The notes: generated by a model not told the origin, from the letters alone. 64,000 bases of DNA from Eledone cirrhosa (GCA_964016885.1 OZ024741.1:275156001-275220000), one strand, 5' to 3'. Shown: positions 39,709 to 52,734, counted from the first letter of the stretch. Translations and numbers: made by a program.

Positions 39709-41289
39709 TATATATATATACACACATATATATATATATATATACACATATATATATATATATATATATATAATATACACACACATATATATGTATATAT
39801 GCATTCTACATTATATATAATATACACACACATATCTATATGTATATATGCATTCTACATTATATATATTTCTACACAATATAAAACAATATCGTGAAAT
39901 TCCTTGTTCATTAACAATCTCCAAGTAAGCAGACAAACCTCGTCCCCTCCACACGAAACCCCACACCCCCCTGGTCAACCCACACAGCTCTTGATTCCAA
40001 TACTGGCCAGTGGTGGGGAGCAGCAGGGGTTAAGGGCTGAGCAGAGGTAGGCTGGGGTAGGAATCTGTTAACAATAGATTCTTTACAATATTTGGTTCAA
40101 CAAGATCACTGATCCTCATAAATGACTTCTTTTGTGGTGTGGTTGGTGTTGTAGAAAGTTGTATTGATGGACCATTGTGATGGTATTATGTAGGTTGGTG
40201 GAATTGGATATGAGAGGTGGTGGTGGTGGTGGTGGTGGTGGTGGGGATGGTGGTGTTGGTGGTGGTGGTAGCAGGGGGATGGTGGTGGTGGAGGTGGTAG
40301 TAGGGCTGTGTTGGTGGTGGTGGTAGTAGTAGTGGTGGTGGTGGTGGGGATGGTGGTGGTGGTGGTGGTAGCAGGGGGATGGTGGTGGTGGAGGTGGTAG
40401 TAGGGGTGTGTTGGTGGTGGTGGTGGTGGGTGGTAGCAGGGGGATGGTGGCGATGACCTGTTAGTAGTAGTGGTGGTGGTGGTGGTGGTGGTGATGGTGT
40501 CAGGGGGTGGTGGTGATGGTGTCAGGGGGTGGTGGTGATAATGGCACCGATAGTGGTGATGGTGGTGGTAGCGGGTGCAGTGGTGGCAGTGGAGGTAGTG
40601 TTAATGTTAGTGGTGAAAGTGACTGTAATGGTGGTGTTGGTGATGACTGCAGCAGTAGTGGTGATGGTGGTGGTGGAAGTGGAGGTGATGGTGATAGTGG
40701 ATGTGATGGTGGTGGTGGTAATGGTGGTGGCAGTGGAGGTGATGGTGGTGTTGGTGGTAGTGGAGGTGATGGTGGTGGTGGTAGTGGAGGTGATGATGGT
40801 GGTGGTGGTAGTGTAGGTGGTGGTGGTGGTGGTGGCAGTGGAGGTGGTGGTGGTGGTAGTTTAGTGGTGTTTTAAGTAGAACTGGTGTTAGAAGCTAGAT
40901 GGACAATGGTCATTGTGGTGGCTGTAGTGGTGGTGGTGGTAGTGGTGGTGGTGGTGGTGATAGTAGTTTAGTGGTGTTAGAGATAGACAATGGTTATATT
41001 CAAATTGCAGGATTATTGGTTATGGCATTATGATGTGTCATGGGAGGGGGGGGGGGGGTAACGTGTGTGTGTGTGTACATATATATATATATGTATATGT
41101 ATATATACATCTATATATGTGTTTGTGTGTATGTGTATATATATATATATATAATGTATATGTGTATGTGTGTGTATTTGTGCATGTATATATATATATA
41201 TATGTGTTTGTGTGTGTATATATATATATATATAATGCATATGTGTGTGTGTGTATTTGTGCATGTATATATATATATATGTGTTTGTC

Positions 41290-41350
<61 letters not shown>

Positions 41351-41388
41351 TATATATATATAATGTATATGTGTGTGTGTATTTGTGC

Positions 41389-41456
<68 letters not shown>

Positions 41457-41824
41457 TTGTGTGTGTATACACATATATATGTTGATAATAAGTAAGATAG
41501 TGTGAAGAAGCAGTGTTGAAAATAAAGAGACTGGTTGAGATTATAGTTTGGTATAAGTCTGATGATATCAGGATATCATATGATATCGGATTGGTTGGAT
41601 TTTGAATAGAGGTATTGAATGTATGTGGTTATGATATAGGGAGGGGGTCTGTGGGAAGTTGAGAAGGGGGGGGGGGGTCTGTATGTAAAGGGATCTGGAT
41701 ATAGATAAAGGGGTCTGTTCTGTGGCAAAGATAAAGTAGGGACTGTGTTGGAGATAAAGGAACAATAGTTGGTCACATATATTGTAGTGATATAGAGAGA
41801 TATGTTGTATCTGTTAGTTTGGAT

Positions 41825-43888
41825 TGTAGTGGTGGTGGTTGTAGTAGTAGTAGTGGTGGTTGTTGGTAGTAGTGGTGGTGGTGGCAGTACTGGTGGTGGT
41901 AGTAGTAGTGGTGGTTGTTGGTAGTAGTGGTGGTGGTGGCAGTAGTGGTGGTGGTTGTAGTAGTGGTGGTGGTAGCAGTAGTGGTGGTGGTAGCAGTAGT
42001 GGTGGTGGTGGTTGTAGTAGTAGTAGTGGTGGTGGTTGTAGTAGTAGTAGTGGTGGTTGTTGGTAGTAGTGGTGGTGGTGGCAGTAGTGGTGGTGGTTGT
42101 AGTAGTAGTAGTGGTGGTTGTTGGTAGTAGTAGTGGTGGTGGTTGTAGTAGTAGTGGTGGTTGTTGGTAGTAGTGGTGGTGGTAGTAGTAGTAGTGGTGG
42201 TTGTTGGTAGTAGTGGTGGTGGTAGCAGCAGTGGTGGTGGCTGTAGTAGTAGTAGTGGTTGTTGGTAGTAGTGGTGGTGGTAGCAGCAGTGGTGGTGGCT
42301 GTAGTAGTAGTAGTGGTTGTTGGTAGTAGTGGTGGTGGTTGTTGGTAGTAGTGGTGGTGGTAGCAGTAGTGGTGGCGGTTGTAGTAGTAGTAGTGGTGGT
42401 TGTTGGTAGTAGTGGTGGTGGTAGCAGTAGTGGTGGTTGTTGTAGTAGTAGTGGTAGTTGTTGGTAGTAGTAGTGGTGGTAGCAGTAGTGGTGGTGGTAG
42501 TAGTAGTGGTGGTGGTGGTTGTTGGTAGTAGTGGTGGTGGTAGCAGTAGTGGTGGTTGTTGTAGTAGTAGTGGTAGTTGTTGGTAGTAGTAGTGGTGGTA
42601 GCAGTAGTGGTGGTGGTAGTAGTAGTGGTGGTGGTGGTTGTTGGTAGTAGTGGTGGTGGTAGCAGTAGTGGTGGCGGTTGTAGTAGTAGTAGTGGTGGTT
42701 GTTGGTAGTAGTGGTGGTGGTAGCAGTAGTGGTGGTTGTTGTAGTAGTAGTGGTAGTTGTTGGTAGTAGTAGTGGTGGTAGCAGTAGTGGTGGTGGTAGT
42801 AGTAGTGGTGGTGGTGGTTGTTGGTAGTAGTGGTGGTGGTAGCAGTAGTGGTGGTTGTTGTAGTAGTAGTGGTAGTTGTTGGTAGTAGTAGTGGTGGTAG
42901 CAGTAGTGGTGGTGGTAGTAGTAGTGGTGGTGGTGGTTGTTGGTAGTAGTGGTGGTGGTAGCAGTAGTGGTGGCGGTTGTAGTAGTAGTAGTGGTGGTTG
43001 TTGGTAGTAGTGGTGGTGGTAGCAGTAGTGGTGGTGGTTGTAGTAGTAGTGGTAGTTGTTGGTAGTAGTAGTGGTGGTAGCAGTAGTGGTGGTGGTAGTA
43101 GTAGTGGTGGTGGTGGTTGTTGGTAGTAGTGGTGGTGGTAGCAGTAGTGGTGGTTGTTGTAGTAGTAGTGGTAGTTGTTGGTAGTAGTAGTGGTGGTAGC
43201 AGTAGTGGTGGTGGTAGTAGTAGTGGTGGTGGTGGTTGTTGGTAGTAGTGGTGGTGGTAGCAGTAGTGGTGGCGGTTGTAGTAGTAGTAGTGGTGGTTGT
43301 TGGTAGTAGTGGTGGTGGTTGTTGGTAGTAGTGGTGGTGGTAGCAGTAGTGGTGGCGGTTGTAGTAGTAGTAGTGGTGGTTGTTGGTAGTAGTGGTGGTG
43401 GTAGCAGTAGTGGTGGTTGTTGTAGTAGTAGTGGTAGTTGTTGGTAGTAGTAGTGGTGGTAGCAGTAGTGGTGGTGGTAGTAGTAGTGGTGGTGGTGGTT
43501 GTTGGTAGTAGTGGTGGTGGTAGCAGTAGTGGTGGTTGTTGTAGTAGTAGTGGTAGTTGTTGGTAGTAGTAGTGGTGGTAGCAGTAGTGGTGGTGGTAGT
43601 AGTAGTGGTGGTGGTGGTTGTTGGTAGTAGTGGTGGTGGTAGCAGTAGTGGTGGCGGTTGTAGTAGTAGTAGTGGTGGTTGTTGGTAGTAGTGGTGGTGG
43701 TAGCAGTAGTGGTGGTGGTTGTAGTAGTAGTGGTAGTTGTTGGTAGTAGTAGTGGTGGTAGCAGTAGTGGTGGTGGTAGTAGTAGTAGTGGTGGTGGTTG
43801 TTGGTAGTAGTGGTGGTGGTAGCAGTAGTGGTGGTGGTTGTAGTAGTAGTGGTGGTGGTTGTTGGTAGTGGTAGCAGTAGTGGTGGTG

Positions 43889-43923
<35 letters not shown>

Positions 43924-44225
43924 GGTGGTTGTTGGTAGTAGTGGTGGTGGTAGCAGTAGTGGTGGTTGTTGTAGTAGTAGTGGTGGTGGTTGTTGGTAGT
44001 AGTAGTGGTGGTAGCAGTAATGGTGGTGGTAGTAGTAGTGGTGGTGGTGGTTGTAGTAGTAGTAGTGGTGGTTGTTGGTAGTAGTAGTGGTAGTGGTGGT
44101 GGTAGTAGTAGTAGTGGAGGTGGTTGTTGGTAGTAGTGGTGGTGGTAGTAGTAGTGGTGGTGGTAGTGGTAGTAGTGAGATATGTTATGGTACTGTGCTG
44201 TAGTGGTGGTGGTAGTTGTGGTAGT
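41825..44225. repeat. 2.4-kb (GGT/AGT) satellite with higher-order repeats
   Basis: GTTGTTGGTAGTAGTGGTGGTGGTAGCAGTAGTGGTGG blocks recur. Confidence 0.95.
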
Positions 44226-44254
44226 TTAAAAAACAGTCATTATCAGTCTTTCAT

Positions 44255-44960
44255 TTCCTTCTTCTCCAAATTATTCCTGAGAGGGTCATGGGGGCAGACC
44301 CCTCAAACACTCATTCCAGTGAGTCCTGCCAGAAGCAACCATCTCCAAATGATGCGGCATGACCAGCCGAGCTGATGGATGTTATCTAACCATCTTGCTT
44401 GGAGTCTACCCCTGGTTCTCCTGCCAGATGGTTTTACCTGTAAAATCTGTCCAGTGATTCTTTCCCGAGACATTCTAACCACATGTCCATAGTATCGGAG
44501 CTGTGATCTCTCAATTCCAAGAAGTAGTGGCTCTACCTGGAGTGACTCTCTGATCTCCGAGCTATGCACTCTATCGTGTAACATTGCTCCAAACACCCTT
44601 CGGAGGAACCCCATTTCAGCTGTTTCTATTACCCAAGATTCATGACCATGGGTAAGGGTTGGCACGAATACAGAACTGAAGATAGCAAAATTTGATTTTT
44701 ATACCTACCTCCCTTTTTCTAATAACTAAATGCTGAAACTGGCGCATTTCTGCACCATTTCCTACAATTCTTGCACTTAATTCAGCCTCCTGCCTTCCAT
44801 TACTCATGAATATAGCCCTGATATACTTGAACTTATCTACGTGCTTCAGTGGAACTCTACTCACGTGTAGAATGCACTGCGCAGCCTTCCTTGAGATGAT
44901 TAGTGTCTGTCTTCGCAGCACTTATTTTCATTCCTGCCATGCAGCACTCAGCATCAAACA
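44255..44960 (-). mobile_element. RTE LINE 3' fragment
   Basis: PTLTHGHESW...AEMGFLRR...SQLRYYGHVVRM...GRRTRGR...RWLDNI. Confidence 0.9.
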
Positions 44961-45311
44961 TATCAAATGCATGTTGGAGAAAGAGAGTCTCAATCTTCAC
45001 AGCTCTGATCTTCATTCTACCCATCAGCATTAAGTGTTCTTTCAGTTAATGTCTAAATGTTTTAAACACAACCATATTTGAAACACATATTCTAATACAT
45101 ATATATGTGTGTGTGTGTGTATTTATATATGTGTGTATGTTTATATATATATATACGTATGTATATGTATATATAATTTATTGATGTTTACATCTTATGA
45201 GATTTCAAGATTTTGTACCTAAGGTTTTATGAATAAACCTATTCATTCTTCAACAGGGCTCAAGTAAACAGAAATCAAGAATGAATTTATATATATATAT
45301 ATATGTATATA

Positions 45312-45373
<62 letters not shown>

Positions 45374-45728
45374 GGAGAGAGATAGGGTGTGTGTAAAAGT
45401 AGAGAGGCTGAAAGGTATTGATCCCCCATTCTCTACTGTCACCATTCCCCCTGCACCTCCATCCTGACCCCATCCTGGGTGCTGACACCTCTCCCCCACC
45501 CCATCACAACCACCACCATCTCCTCCAATCTATGTAAAGGTCAAGAACTATGTCATGAAAGGGAACAAGTTTACTGTCTGTTATTTTTCTTACACTCTAC
45601 CACCCCTATCAAAATAATAGACTGTTCCACATTTTGTTTCCAATATAAACATTCACATACATACACTCAACGCACAGCATACATATATAGACAATATACA
45701 TGCATCAACATGTGCATGTCTACATGAA

Positions 45729-45798
<70 letters not shown>

Positions 45799-45832
45799 GG
45801 TATGTGTTTACAATTATTTATATATATATATA

Positions 45833-45911
45833 CAGGGTGTCCTAATAAAAAGTATACATACTTCAACAGCAATCAAATAAATGTATGTACACATTTTGGG
45901 GGGACACCCTG
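45833..45911. mobile_element. Tc1/mariner-type mini-MITE
   Basis: TA|CAGGGTGTCC...GGACACCCTG|TA. Confidence 0.85.
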
Positions 45912-45963
45912 TATATATATATATATATATATTTCTATATTTTCATTTATATATATATATATT

Positions 45964-46001
<38 letters not shown>

Positions 46002-46015
46002 AATATATATATATT

Positions 46016-46124
<109 letters not shown>

Positions 46125-46138
46125 TATATATATATATT

Positions 46139-46174
<36 letters not shown>

Positions 46175-46175
46175 A

Positions 46176-46206
<31 letters not shown>

Positions 46207-46254
46207 TATATATATTTATATTTATATATATATTTATATATATATATATTTATT

Positions 46255-46288
<34 letters not shown>

Positions 46289-46346
46289 TATATATATATT
46301 TATATATATATTTATATATATATTTATATATATATTTATATATATA

Positions 46347-46391
<45 letters not shown>

Positions 46392-46429
46392 ACAATTTTA
46401 TTCTAAAAGGATGCTCTCAAACTTTATAT

Positions 46430-46466
<37 letters not shown>

Positions 46467-46811
46467 CACACATATATATATACATACACACATACTCTCA
46501 ATCACAGTAGAAGTACCTACAAAGACACATATAAACATACTTAACAGATACACATACATGGTATGTAACAAACGCATACACATATATACACACAGCAACA
46601 CACCACATGTATACACAATAATATATATGTCTGTGTGCCTAATATATACCCACCAACAAATACACACATACCAACCAACACAGACATACACATATACAGA
46701 CAGACACACAGACACATATGCACTCATATATATAATATATATACGACACATACGCACTCCAACACACATATAGAGACCAACACACCAACACACACACACG
46801 CACACACACAC

Positions 46812-46859
<48 letters not shown>

Positions 46860-47470
46860 GCACTTTACGCCATAACAAGACACACACACCAACACACACA
46901 AGTACTTTATCCCATAACAAAACACACACACACTAGTACTTTACGCCATAACAAGACACACACACCAACACACACACTAGTACTTTACCCGATAACAAGA
47001 CACACAAACACACACGCATATACAGACACACACCAACACACACACACTAGTACTTTACCCCGTAACAAGACACACATATACAAACACACACACTAGTACT
47101 TTACCCCGTAACAAGACACACATATACAGACACACACACCAACACACACACACCAGTACTTTACCCCGTAACAAGACACACATATACAGACACACACACC
47201 AACACACACACACACTAGTACTTTACCCCGTAACAAGACACACACATACAGACACACACACCAACACACACACACTAGTACTTTACCCCGTAACAAGACA
47301 CACATATACAGACACACACACCAACACACACACACTAGTACTTTACCCCGTAACAAGACACATATACAGACACACACACCAACACACACACACTAGTACT
47401 TTACCCCGTAACAAGACACACATATACAGACACACGCACACACACTTTACCCCATAACAAGACACACACA
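46860..47470. repeat. About 60-64 bp minisatellite
   Basis: CTAGTACTTTACCCCGTAACAAGACACAC plus (CA)n spacers. Confidence 0.95.
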
Positions 47471-47630
47471 AGACCAACTCACAGACACACACCAACACAT
47501 ACACACACACACCAACGCACACACACCAACACACACAATCACCTTCACCTCATTCTCTAAATAGACAAAGATGTTTGAAATGAAACTTCCCTCTTTCTAA
47601 ACATTGGTGACAGTTGATGTATATATATGC

Positions 47631-47670
<40 letters not shown>

Positions 47671-48138
47671 CATGTATGTATATATATATAGCATGTATGT
47701 ATATATATGTATATATATATAGCATGTATGTATATATATGTATATAGTAGGTGTGTAAGCTGATGTTCAGCAGCTATCTGTGTGTATATTGTATGTGTGT
47801 ACATATGGTGTTGCTGTATATATATACCAACAACATGTATATGCAATGTGTGTATATAATGTGATGTCTGTCTTCTGTGTATATAGCATGTACGTATATA
47901 TATATATATGTATGTGTGTATAGTAAGTGTGTAGCTGATATTCGGCAGCTCTGTGTACATATGGTGTTTTACATATGTATGTATACCAACAATATGTATA
48001 TGTGATATGTGTATATAATGTATGTCTATTTTGTGTGTGTATATATATTGTAGGTGTGTAGCTGATGTTTGGCAACTATTTGCATGTATATATAATTTCT
48101 GTATACATATTGGTGTTGTACAATATGTATATATATAT

Positions 48139-48500
48139 AATTGTTTCTACTTTTGGCACAAGGCCAGCAATTATCCCAGTGCGTTACTGGTACTTTATAT
48201 TATCGACCCCGTAAGGATGAAAGGCAAAGTTAACCTCGGCGGGATTTGAACTCAGACCATAAAGGGCCGTAACTCTTTGCTGCAAAGCATGGCGTCCGAC
48301 CCTCTACCGATACTGCCATATAATTGTTTCTACTTTTGGCACAAGGCCAGCAATTACACAGTGTATTACTGGTACTTTATTTTATCGACCCCATAAGGAT
48401 GAAAGGCAAAGTTAACCTCGGCGGGATTTGAACTCAGAATGGCAAGGGCCGTAACTCTATGCGTCAAAGCATGGCGTCCGACCCTCTACCGATACTGCCA
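48139..48500 (-). mobile_element. Tandem dimer of family-1 SINEs
   Basis: Two full copies, 48139-48319 and 48321-48500. Confidence 0.9.
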
Positions 48501-48909
48501 TATAATATGTGTATATAATATATGTCTATCTAGTATCTAAATGTATATATTTTGTGCGTATATAATGTGGTGTATATGTATGAATGTATATGGCACATTT
48601 AGTATGTATATGTGTGTGTATAAAAGTACATAAAAACCTGTCTGAAATATGGTGTGTACCCTTGAAATATATCAATAAAAACAAGCTAAATCAGAAGCCA
48701 GAGATTCAATGTGTCTGCACTACCCTCGGGTTATCTACACCACAGGGGGTTACCTTCTGTAATTTCACAGCACTTCTCGTACCATGTGAAGCTTCATAAA
48801 ACATTTTATGTTATTAACAGATATTCTACTTCATTTAGATATATACTACTATTGAAATACTCACATGTATATATACCCACACACATATATATATATACAT
48901 ACACGTGAA

Positions 48910-48953
<44 letters not shown>

Positions 48954-49008
48954 TATATATATGTGCTGTCCTACGCCATCTTGTTTTATATATATATGTA
49001 TATATATA

Positions 49009-49096
<88 letters not shown>

Positions 49097-49148
49097 TATA
49101 TATATATATATATATATGCATTCATATATATATATGTGTATATATATA

Positions 49149-49174
<26 letters not shown>

Positions 49175-49179
<5 letters not shown>

Positions 49180-49326
49180 TGATTGACCCCAGAGTTAAAT
49201 AGCCGCCGAAACGGCTTGAGCTCTGCCGTCGGGGTCAATCATTTTCCTATTATCCACTCTACTACTCTACGTATTGAGTACTCTGGTGCGTTATGGTCCA
49301 TCTGGTTCCTTACCACACCTCCTTCG

Positions 49327-49328
<2 letters not shown>
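49175..49328 (+). mobile_element. Family-B element (HHR 3' half plus tail) in (TA)n
   Basis: GAAACGGCTTGAGCTCTGCCGTCGGGG; 14-bp inverted arm AAATGATTGACCCC/GGGGTCAATCATTT. Confidence 0.8.
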
Positions 49329-49392
<64 letters not shown>

Positions 49393-49499
49393 AGAGGTTA
49401 TATTTAATTTGTTGGAATTTATTTTATAGTTTTTTAAATTTTTTTAATTTTTAATTATAATTATTAAATTTATAAGATTTCTGAGTAATATTATATTTT

Positions 49500-49555
49500 T
49501 TATCTGATGAAAGCTCACCATAGTTTGCTCTGGTGGCCCTTGAAATATGTATAAT
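49500..49555 (+). ncRNA. Possible degenerate hammerhead motif
   Basis: CTGATGA-AAG..CACCA...TGGTG..CTT-GAAA-TATG-TA; stem I register poor. Confidence 0.4.
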
Positions 49556-49603
49556 GAAATAAATATGGTTTTATAAATATAGTTTCCATTTGTTAATATA
49601 TTG

Positions 49604-49661
<58 letters not shown>

Positions 49662-49871
49662 TATATATAGTTAAGAATATTTTTTCAAAGGGTAACAGAT
49701 AGGAACCGCAGTTAAATAAGTTACTCAGTACATTAGTAGACAAGATAGATATTTATTTTATATAGAAATGACTTCTGCAGGATTAGAATAACAGTTCTAG
49801 TCCTGTAGAAATCATTGCTATATTACATACACACCATTTTATTCAATAATTAACTCTGTTCCCACACTATC

Positions 49872-50058
49872 ATTTATCCTGGGTTCAATCGGGGGTAGCC
49901 ACAGTAAGTAAGGTACTCAATACAAAGCAGAGTATAAATATTTAATATAGAAAGGCTTCTACAGGACTAGAACTGTTTCATTTGGGAGAAATCATCAGGA
50001 CTTCCTGATGATTTCTCCCGAATGAAACAGTTCTAGTCCTGTAGAAGCCTTTCTATAT

Positions 50059-50062
<4 letters not shown>
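49872..50062. mobile_element. Family-A divergent inverted element with HHR cores on both strands (49956-50000 minus; 50001-50047 plus)
   Basis: CTTC-CTGATGA-TTTC-TCCC-GAAT-GAAA-CAG-TTCTAGTC-CTG-TA-GAAG and its mirror; shorter palindromic relic at 49760-49822. Confidence 0.85.
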
Positions 50063-50115
<53 letters not shown>

Positions 50116-50336
50116 AATTAAGTTAAAAATGTACATCCACATATGTATACTGAAATACTAGTATGCATATGAATACACACACGTGTACATATGTAGATGT
50201 ACCGAGTTTTTCACTGGTCACTTTACTGTGAGTGTCCAGCTATTCTGTATGTAAACACACAGACAAACCGGTTTTTAGAGTCATACTGGTTTTTGAGGAA
50301 ACACCTTTCCTCTATTCTCCAGAAAGCCAGACAAGG

Positions 50337-50381
50337 AATATTGGACTAGTTTCGATGTTGTTACATCTCATCAGCAATATT
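50337..50381 (-). ncRNA. Type I hammerhead ribozyme (family D) copy 1
   Basis: AATATTG-CTGATGA-GATGT-AACA-ACATC-GAAA-CTAG-TC-CAATATT. Confidence 0.92.
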
Positions 50382-50802
50382 TACCTATCTTCCGGCCTTT
50401 CTAGAGAATCGTGAAAGCACATATCGTTATATGCTTTTTCTATGAAAATTAGTAGTGGGCAGACCAATTTGCATAGAGCGTGAGTACGTACCGGTTCAAC
50501 GGAGACGATAAAAACAAATAACGAAACGAAATTAAATTTCGTTTCGTTTGTAACTCACTTTTGTATGACTGACGCTTAAACAATTAAGTTAAAAATGTAC
50601 ATCCACATATGTATACTGAAATACTAGTATGCATATGAATACACACACGTGTACATATGTAGATGTACCGAGTTTTTCACTGGTCACTTTACTGTGAGTG
50701 TCCAGCTATTCTGTATGTAAACACACAGACAAACCGGTTTTTAGAGTCATACTGGTTTTTGAGGAAACACCTTTCCTCTATTCTCCAGAAAGCCAGACAA
50801 GG

Positions 50803-50847
50803 AATATTGGACTAGTTTCGATGTTGTTACATCTCATCAGCAATATT
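50803..50847 (-). ncRNA. Type I hammerhead ribozyme (family D) copy 2
   Basis: Identical motif, 466 nt from copy 1. Confidence 0.92.
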
Positions 50848-51107
50848 TACCTATCTTCCGGCCTTTCTAGAGAATCGTGAAAGCACATATCGTTATATAC
50901 TTTTTCTATGAAAGCGTCAGTCATACAAAAGTGAGTTACAAACGAAACGAAATTTAATTTCGTTTCGTTATTTGTTTTTATCGTCTCCGTTGAACCGGTA
51001 CGTACTCACGCTCTATGCAAATTGGTCTGCCCACTACTAATTTTCATAGAAAAAGCATATAACGATATGTGCTTTCACGATTCTCTAGAAAGGCCGGAAG
51101 ATAGGTA

Positions 51108-51152
51108 AATATTGCTGATGAGATGTAACAACATCGAAACTAGTCCAATATT
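51108..51152 (+). ncRNA. Type I hammerhead ribozyme (family D) copy 3
   Basis: Identical motif; predicted cleavage after C51145 (GUC); distal helix 51080-51092/51163-51175. Confidence 0.92.
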
Positions 51153-51658
51153 CCTTGTCTGGCTTTCTGGAGAATAGAGGAAAGGTGTTTCCTCAAAAAC
51201 CAGTATGACTCTAAAAACCGGTTTGTCTGTGTGTTTACATACAGAATAGCTGGACACTCACAGTAAAGTGACCAGTGAAAAACTCGGTACATCTACATAT
51301 GTACACGTGTGTGTATTCATATGCATACTAGTATTTCAGTATACATATGTGGATGTACATTTTTAACTTAATTGTTTAAGCGTCAGTCATACAAAAGTGA
51401 GTTACAAACGAAACGAAATTGTTGTTACATCTCATCAGCAATATTTTGCTCTGAGCAAAAGGTAGAAGCAACATTTGAAAATTGAGTTTCTGCAAATTAA
51501 TAACTACCAATTTGCATATAGCATGACTAGGCTGTATAACTACTGTTGAAACATTTGTAAGCACTCGGGATAAATTACCTTTTTATGATGTCTACCTGTT
51601 ATTATTCATTCTTTATCTACCCTCCGGAATACAGAAGGATCAGAAACTGAGTTTCTTC

Positions 51659-51750
51659 AACTGTTTCATTCGGGAGAAATCACCAGGAAACCCTGATGAT
51701 TTCTCCCGAATGAAACAGTTCTAGTCCTGTAGAAGCCTTTCTATATTAAA
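51659..51750. mobile_element. Family-A inverted element (plus-strand core 51693-51735)
   Basis: CTGATGATTTCTCCCGAATGAAACAGTTCTAGTCCTGTAGAAG with partial mirror arm; 5' strand of stem I largely lost. Confidence 0.8.
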
Positions 51751-51814
51751 TATATATATATAGTGAAAGAGTGAAGAATAACATGGTCGGCTGTACAAAA
51801 AGGGTTTTATTTAC

Positions 51815-51927
51815 AGTATTAACAATTGTTTCATTGATAAGGTGAGTTTAAAGGCCGCTGATCACTCGAAGTTGCGTCACTCGACCTTAAATACAGTGTG
51901 CGTCTCTGATCAAATCATCGGAATACT
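51815..51927 (-). ncRNA. Type I hammerhead motif with ~70-nt loop 2, U4>C variant
   Basis: Minus: AGTATT-CCGATGA-T-TTGAT-[~70 nt]-ATCAA-T-GAAA-CAATTG-TT-AATACT. Confidence 0.65.
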
Positions 51928-51941
51928 ATATATATATATAC

Positions 51942-52445
51942 ATCATCATCATCATCGTTTAACGTCCATCTTCCACGCTAGCATTGGTTAGACGGTTTTG
52001 TTCCATGCGGGATTGGTCGGGAGACCGTGTCTCGCTCGTACGGAACTGGGTTTTTTTTATAGCTGGATGCCCTTCCTAACACCAACCACAGGGACTAGGA
52101 GCCTTTTTACCGTACCTCCTACACGACCACTTTACAATGTTCACTGATTGCTTTTCGTTGTGTCACCGACACAGTGGACGGAAATGGGAGGATGGGGTAC
52201 GGGGTGGGGTGTATATTGGGTTAAGAGGTGCCTACTGACTGTAAGTTTGTATGCAAGGGAAGGCGGGTTTTTTGTACAACTGCATAGCACCAAAGATCTC
52301 GATCCAGTGACATTGTCTTAGGGAGGTGTTAGTGAGCAAGATCAGTTTTTATCACCTCGTCGCAGGTCTTTCTTGGTCTACCCACTCCGTAGCTTCTATC
52401 AATTTTCATTGCTCTGCACTTTTTTATACAGCTGTCGTCCTTCAT
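51942..52445 (-). mobile_element. RTE LINE 3' end with (GAT)n tail
   Basis: Homologous to 26814-27410. Confidence 0.85.
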
Positions 52446-52546
52446 ATCTATTTTGATACCTCTTGTTTTCTGTTGGTATGGTCAAATTTGGATATTGAAA
52501 CCTTGGGTAATACTTTTGTTCTGTGTATGGCCATAAATAAATAAAT

Positions 52547-52581
<35 letters not shown>

Positions 52582-52592
52582 ATCTATATCTA

Positions 52593-52627
<35 letters not shown>

Positions 52628-52734
52628 ATAATAATAAATGTGAAGACTAAAATCTAAAGAGGGCTCGATAAAGATAAATATATATATATACTCTGTAAAC
52701 TATTCTCTATGTATGCATTAAAACAAGGAGGGTG

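Larger units (their letters stand above)
50111..51445. mobile_element. 466-bp hammerhead-containing tandem/inverted repeat (candidate non-LTR retrozyme or Penelope pLTR array)
   Basis: Units at 50111-50576 and 50577-50913 (partial), inverted copy 50912-51420, HHR fragment 51421-51445; copies nearly identical. Confidence 0.85.

Noticed and set aside
46860-47470. Repeat-spacer look of minisatellites (also 15460-16282, 32700-33930) suggesting CRISPR
   Set aside because: Spacers are simple repeats, not unique; eukaryotic context; no cas genes
50232-50414. 60-aa ORF repeated three times
   Set aside because: Starts at GTG, antisense to the ribozyme, and identical only because the unit is duplicated
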